Assembly (NCBI GenBank): GCA_965112735.1
Contig: OZ218955.1
Span: 1,984,001-2,048,000 of the forward strand
DNA: 64,000 nt
Origin: Phaeosaccion multiseriatum
Taxonomy: Eukaryota > Protista > Ochrophyta, other classes
Reading direction: 5' to 3'
The notes under the pieces are model-generated. The model was given only the letters and a program-made list of their open reading frames with translations, was not told the DNA's origin and ran no database searches. The position numbers and the translations under genes were made by a program. This document shows, one piece after another, positions 60,501-64,000 of this stretch; within the stretch, counting starts at the first letter, position 1; each line of letters begins with the position of its first letter.

Positions 60501-62847
60501 CAGGTGGAGCGCGAGGAGGAGGAGGAGGGCAGGCCGCAGCCGCGGCAGTTGGTGCACTAGCAGCGTCGTCGTCAAGCCGCCTTTTCGGGAGAGGGGGCGG
60601 TGGTGGTGGAGGTGTTGCAGGAGCAGCGGCAGGGGCGTCGGAAACTGAAGGTTCAGGAGTCCTGACACCAGCCGCCGCGTTGGCTGCCTTCCTCACTGTC
60701 TCGGGGGGAGGAGAATCAGGAGGAGGTGCTTCGACTGAGGCTCCATCATCGGCTGCTGCTGGTGCTGCTGGTGCTGCTGCTGCCTCGGCCCCTGCCACTA
60801 GCTCGGTCTCGGCCCCCACTACCGCCTCCACTAGTGCTTCGGCGGCCACAGCAGGGGGCTTGGGCGCGTCTTCCGCCTCTGCCATTGGTGCCTCCGCTGC
60901 CTCTGCTGCTGCTGCATCTACAGGAGCTGCCGCAGCCGCCCCGGACCCGGTGTATTCGAGCTTCACTCTGGACAGTATCAAGATGGCTACCAAGACGACG
61001 GAGAATGCTGTGCTGGTGCAGCTTCAGCAGCGCTACAACATTCGCAGGATAGGCGTGCGGATACACGACGCCCACGGGCGGTTCGTCAAGACGCTCAACA
61101 TTTACTATTACCCCAAGCAGGTGTGTGTGTGCGCGTTGGTGTGGGAGGGCGGGGTTGTTCATGTATTGTGTACGCGAGCGTGTGCATGTGCACGTGTGTG
61201 TCTGTGTGTGCTTGGGTGTGTGGTGTGGATCCCACCTATTCTCAACACGTTCCTCCCTTCCCCCCCCCCTGCCTGCCTGCCTGACTGCCTGCCCACCGGC
61301 CCATACGCATGCCCAGGTGATGAGTCTCAACGACTCCTTGCGTATGCCGGAGAACGTGGCCAAGTGGAGAAGGGTGAGTGAGTGAGTGAATGATCCTTCC
61401 TCCCTTCCTTCCTTCCTTCCTTCCTTCCTTCCTTCCTTCCTTCCTTCCTTCCTTCCTTCATACTTGACTGTCCTTCCCATTTGCCGCCTTCGGGCAGGTA
61501 GGCTGTGTGCTTTGAGAGACTGACTACTCTCTCTTTGTTTTCATCAATGTATCGACTACGGCATCCTCCATCTACGATCATCTTCGATCATCTACGATGC
61601 CCTCTTTCTTGCAGTAACACTCATGGCACTCACTCAGTTTCTCTCACCTATCTCCTCCTTCTCCTCTACTTGCTTTTACTTGCGGCCCGCGCTTGCTTGC
61701 TCTACTTGGGTGGTATCTCATTGCTTCAGGTTGCCCAAGTGCACGTCCCTCTGGGCAAGTCGAGCGTGCAAGTGGACCTTCCCCTCCCACTCCTCGCCGC
61801 TAACCTCATGTTTGAGTACGCAGACTTCCATCACGACGACAGCAGCGGAGGGGGAGGTGGAGGCTGTGGTGGGGGAGGAGGAGGACCGGGTGGAGGAGGG
61901 GTGAACCTTCACTGCCCGAGGTGTGGACGGCCCGTAACGGACATGCACGGCATCTGCAGGCAGTGTGGAGAAGTGGCCCTTCAATGTCGACAGTGCAGGC
62001 ACATCAACTACGAGACGTTGGACTCCTTCCTGTGTGTAGAGTGCGGGTACTGCTCCTATGCACAGTTCTCGTACCGTCTCTATGCGGTCAAGTGCAACGA
62101 CGCACCCACAATCACGTGCGAGGCAGAGAGGCTGACTGCCAAGCGCCTTGTTGATGCCGCGGAGCTCAAGGTGGAAGCGGCGAGGGAACAGCTCGCACCG
62201 CTCCGACTCCGGGTGAGTACTCTCTCTCTCTCTCTTTTCTCAAACAATGAATCAATGCTTACGAGCATTGACCTTTAGGCCTTGGCCTGCGCCTTCCCTT
62301 GGTAGGGGGTGGCGGGGGGGGGGAGAAGGCTGTGAGTATCACCTCTTTTTTGTTCTTGTCTTACCCTGTTGGATCTCGATTCGTCGTCTTTGTTTCTTCC
62401 CTCTTCCCTCTTCCATCCTCTATGCTCTGTTTGTATTGATGACTGATTCGATCCTCTTACTCCCCTGTTTTTATTGATGACTGATTCGATCCTCTTATTC
62501 CCCTGTTTGTATTGATGACTGATTCGACCCTCTCTTACAATCCTCTCTTTGTGATGGGAACTTCTGACAGGTGCGCCACTTAGTGGGCACTCTTGTGCAA
62601 TACAGCGGCGCAGCCCTCGGCACCGCTCCATCGCTGGGCAGCTGCTTTCAAGGCACTGGCAGCGCCGCCTCTGCCCTGGCCCTGGCCACAATCTCAGAGA
62701 CGTTGGAGGAGTTGGAGAGGGGGGGGCTCTTGTTGCTGCCTGGAGAGGCCAATGGGGCAGGGGGTGGTGCAGCGGCAAGGCTCGGTGCGATATCATCGGC
62801 GGCTGCTCTTCTGTCGGCGCCCCCATCGTCCACCTCTGCCTCTGCTG

Positions 62848-62881
<34 letters not shown>

Positions 62882-63424
62882 AACAGCGGAGGCCTCGCAG
62901 GCAGCAGCTGCAGCGAGGACTTTGTCCCTGTCCAGACCGGAGGGGCAGCCCAGTTCCGGAGGGACGGCGGGGGCGCGAGCGAGTCAAGCGGCCAACACTG
63001 CGAGACGGACGACGCTGGGCATCCTCCGGGAGATGGCGGGCGAGTCATCGTCCTTTTACGAGGACTTTTATTATGGAGGAGGAGGAGCAGCAGCAGAAGC
63101 AGCAGGAGGAGGAGGAGGAGGAGGAGGAGCAGGGGAGGAAGGAGCACAGTTCTACGAACTGTCAGACCCAGCGCACGGAAGCGCCGCGGATATGAGGGCG
63201 GCGCGCGAACAACATGCAGCACGTGAAGATGCTACAATGGCTGCTCCTGATGGTAAGTGAGGCAGCGAGACATGCGGTGGGGTACCACCCACCCACCCAC
63301 CGACTCACCCGCCCCCCCCCCCGACCCATTCACCTGCCTTACCTCTCTTGACGACGGAACGCCCCCCTTGTCTGCTCTGTTTGGTGACTGCTTGCTTGCA
63401 ACGCCTGATCCTCTCCCGACACTC

Positions 63425-63479
<55 letters not shown>

Positions 63480-64000
63480 TATGTGTGCATAGCTCCGGAC
63501 TCACTGGACCGCATCATGGCATCTCTCCAGCAAGCCGCCGCCTCAGACCCCCTCATGCTTGCTCGGCACGCTCCTGCCCCAGCCGCAAGGTCAGCGCCCC
63601 CTCGACGACGCGTCCCGCCAGCGAGGAGCGGGATTGCCGGCCACGGGACAGGAGCAACGGCAGCGGAGATCGCGAGTCGCCTCGGAATTGGTCCAGGGAC
63701 GGCCAGTAGGGAGGCCCTGTCGTCGTTGCTAGGGGCGGCAGTCAATGGAGCAGGAGGGGCAGGAGCCGGTGGGAGTGGGGCAAGTGCTGCCAGCTCTACC
63801 TCTGCTGCTACGTCCTCCGCGGCGTTTACGACCGCAGCCAGGAATCTTCGCAACTCCTTGGGACTGGTGTACGGCATCGGGGCTCCTCCGCCTGGTGGTG
63901 CATCCTCCTCCTCGTCATCCTCCGCTGCTGCGGCGAATGCTTTGACGGCTGCGGCGAAGGCTTTGACTGCGGCGGCGCCCGGTGGGTTGTCTGCCCTGAT
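36060..64000 (+). CDS. UBR4: Giant E3 ubiquitin ligase UBR4 / auxin transport protein BIG / calossin homolog, multi-exon, 3' incomplete
   Basis: UBR-box CSFVQTGGSFSEQHWYNCHTCGLEQDKGCCSLCAKVCH..SFFCDCG (~47803-47971); propeller segment (VGFDVVGVSVNSRNERHVAAWGL..KAAWLPGS..FIRIFDLS); DOC-like GVRVHLG..KWYDLPLT..IDSVEVYG; ZZ finger YRCDGCDAFP..FHCRVCPDFDLCRRCY (~55618-55710); LASHPNSVLY..YLDSEPCLHC; LHCPRC..HGICRQCGEVALQCRQCRHINYE..FLCVECGYC (~61907-62053). Assignment of the N-terminal exons (36060-45111) rests on splice continuity and is less certain. Confidence 0.88.
62427..62530. repeat. Intronic 38-bp tandem repeat, ~2.7 copies
   Basis: ctgtttgtattgatgactgattcgatcctcttactccc repeated head to tail. 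Confidence 0.8.
63428..63476. repeat. (TA)n microsatellite in UBR4 intron
   Basis: Perfect TA run. Confidence 0.9.

Noticed and set aside
37460-60993. Long minus-strand ORFs (e.g. 54211-56769, 852 aa) and separate-gene reading of the plus-strand ORFs
   Set aside because: Antisense shadows of GC-rich low-complexity coding DNA; the plus-strand ORFs carry UBR4 domains in canonical order, separated by GT-AG introns.
1-64000. tRNA, rRNA, telomeric arrays or autonomous transposons
   Set aside because: None recognisable by eye; tRNAscan-SE/Infernal would be needed to exclude small ncRNAs.

Overview
GC-rich, intron-rich eukaryotic nuclear DNA with GT-AG introns full of microsatellites. It is probably from a photosynthetic stramenopile alga (inference from apparent signal+transit bipartite N-termini and a ZZ-containing BIG/UBR4). 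Most long ORFs in the track are exon/intron chimeras or microsatellite artefacts, so genes were rebuilt by hand from splice sites. In order: lumazine synthase (5' end probably outside the window), a TIR element, a secreted Cys-rich/Pro-Thr mucin-like protein, a nested pair of TIR elements, an Mpr1/Spt10-type GNAT acetyltransferase, a SAP30 Sin3-binding + SGF29 tandem-Tudor fusion gene, a 3 x ~2.27 kb tandem array of Cys-rich (Cys-Glu-Thr)n genes (third copy 5'-deleted), an intronless microbial-type class I terpene synthase with a possible plastid-targeting leader, a DCC1-like thiol-disulfide protein, crooked-neck (CRNKL1/CLF1), an orphan exon encoding the C-terminal active-site segment of a vanadium haloperoxidase (missing from the ORF track), a FabF/OXSM-type ketoacyl-ACP synthase, and a giant UBR4/BIG gene running off the right end. 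Most notable: the terpene synthase, the nearby haloperoxidase remnant, the SAP30-SGF29 fusion and the (CET)n array.
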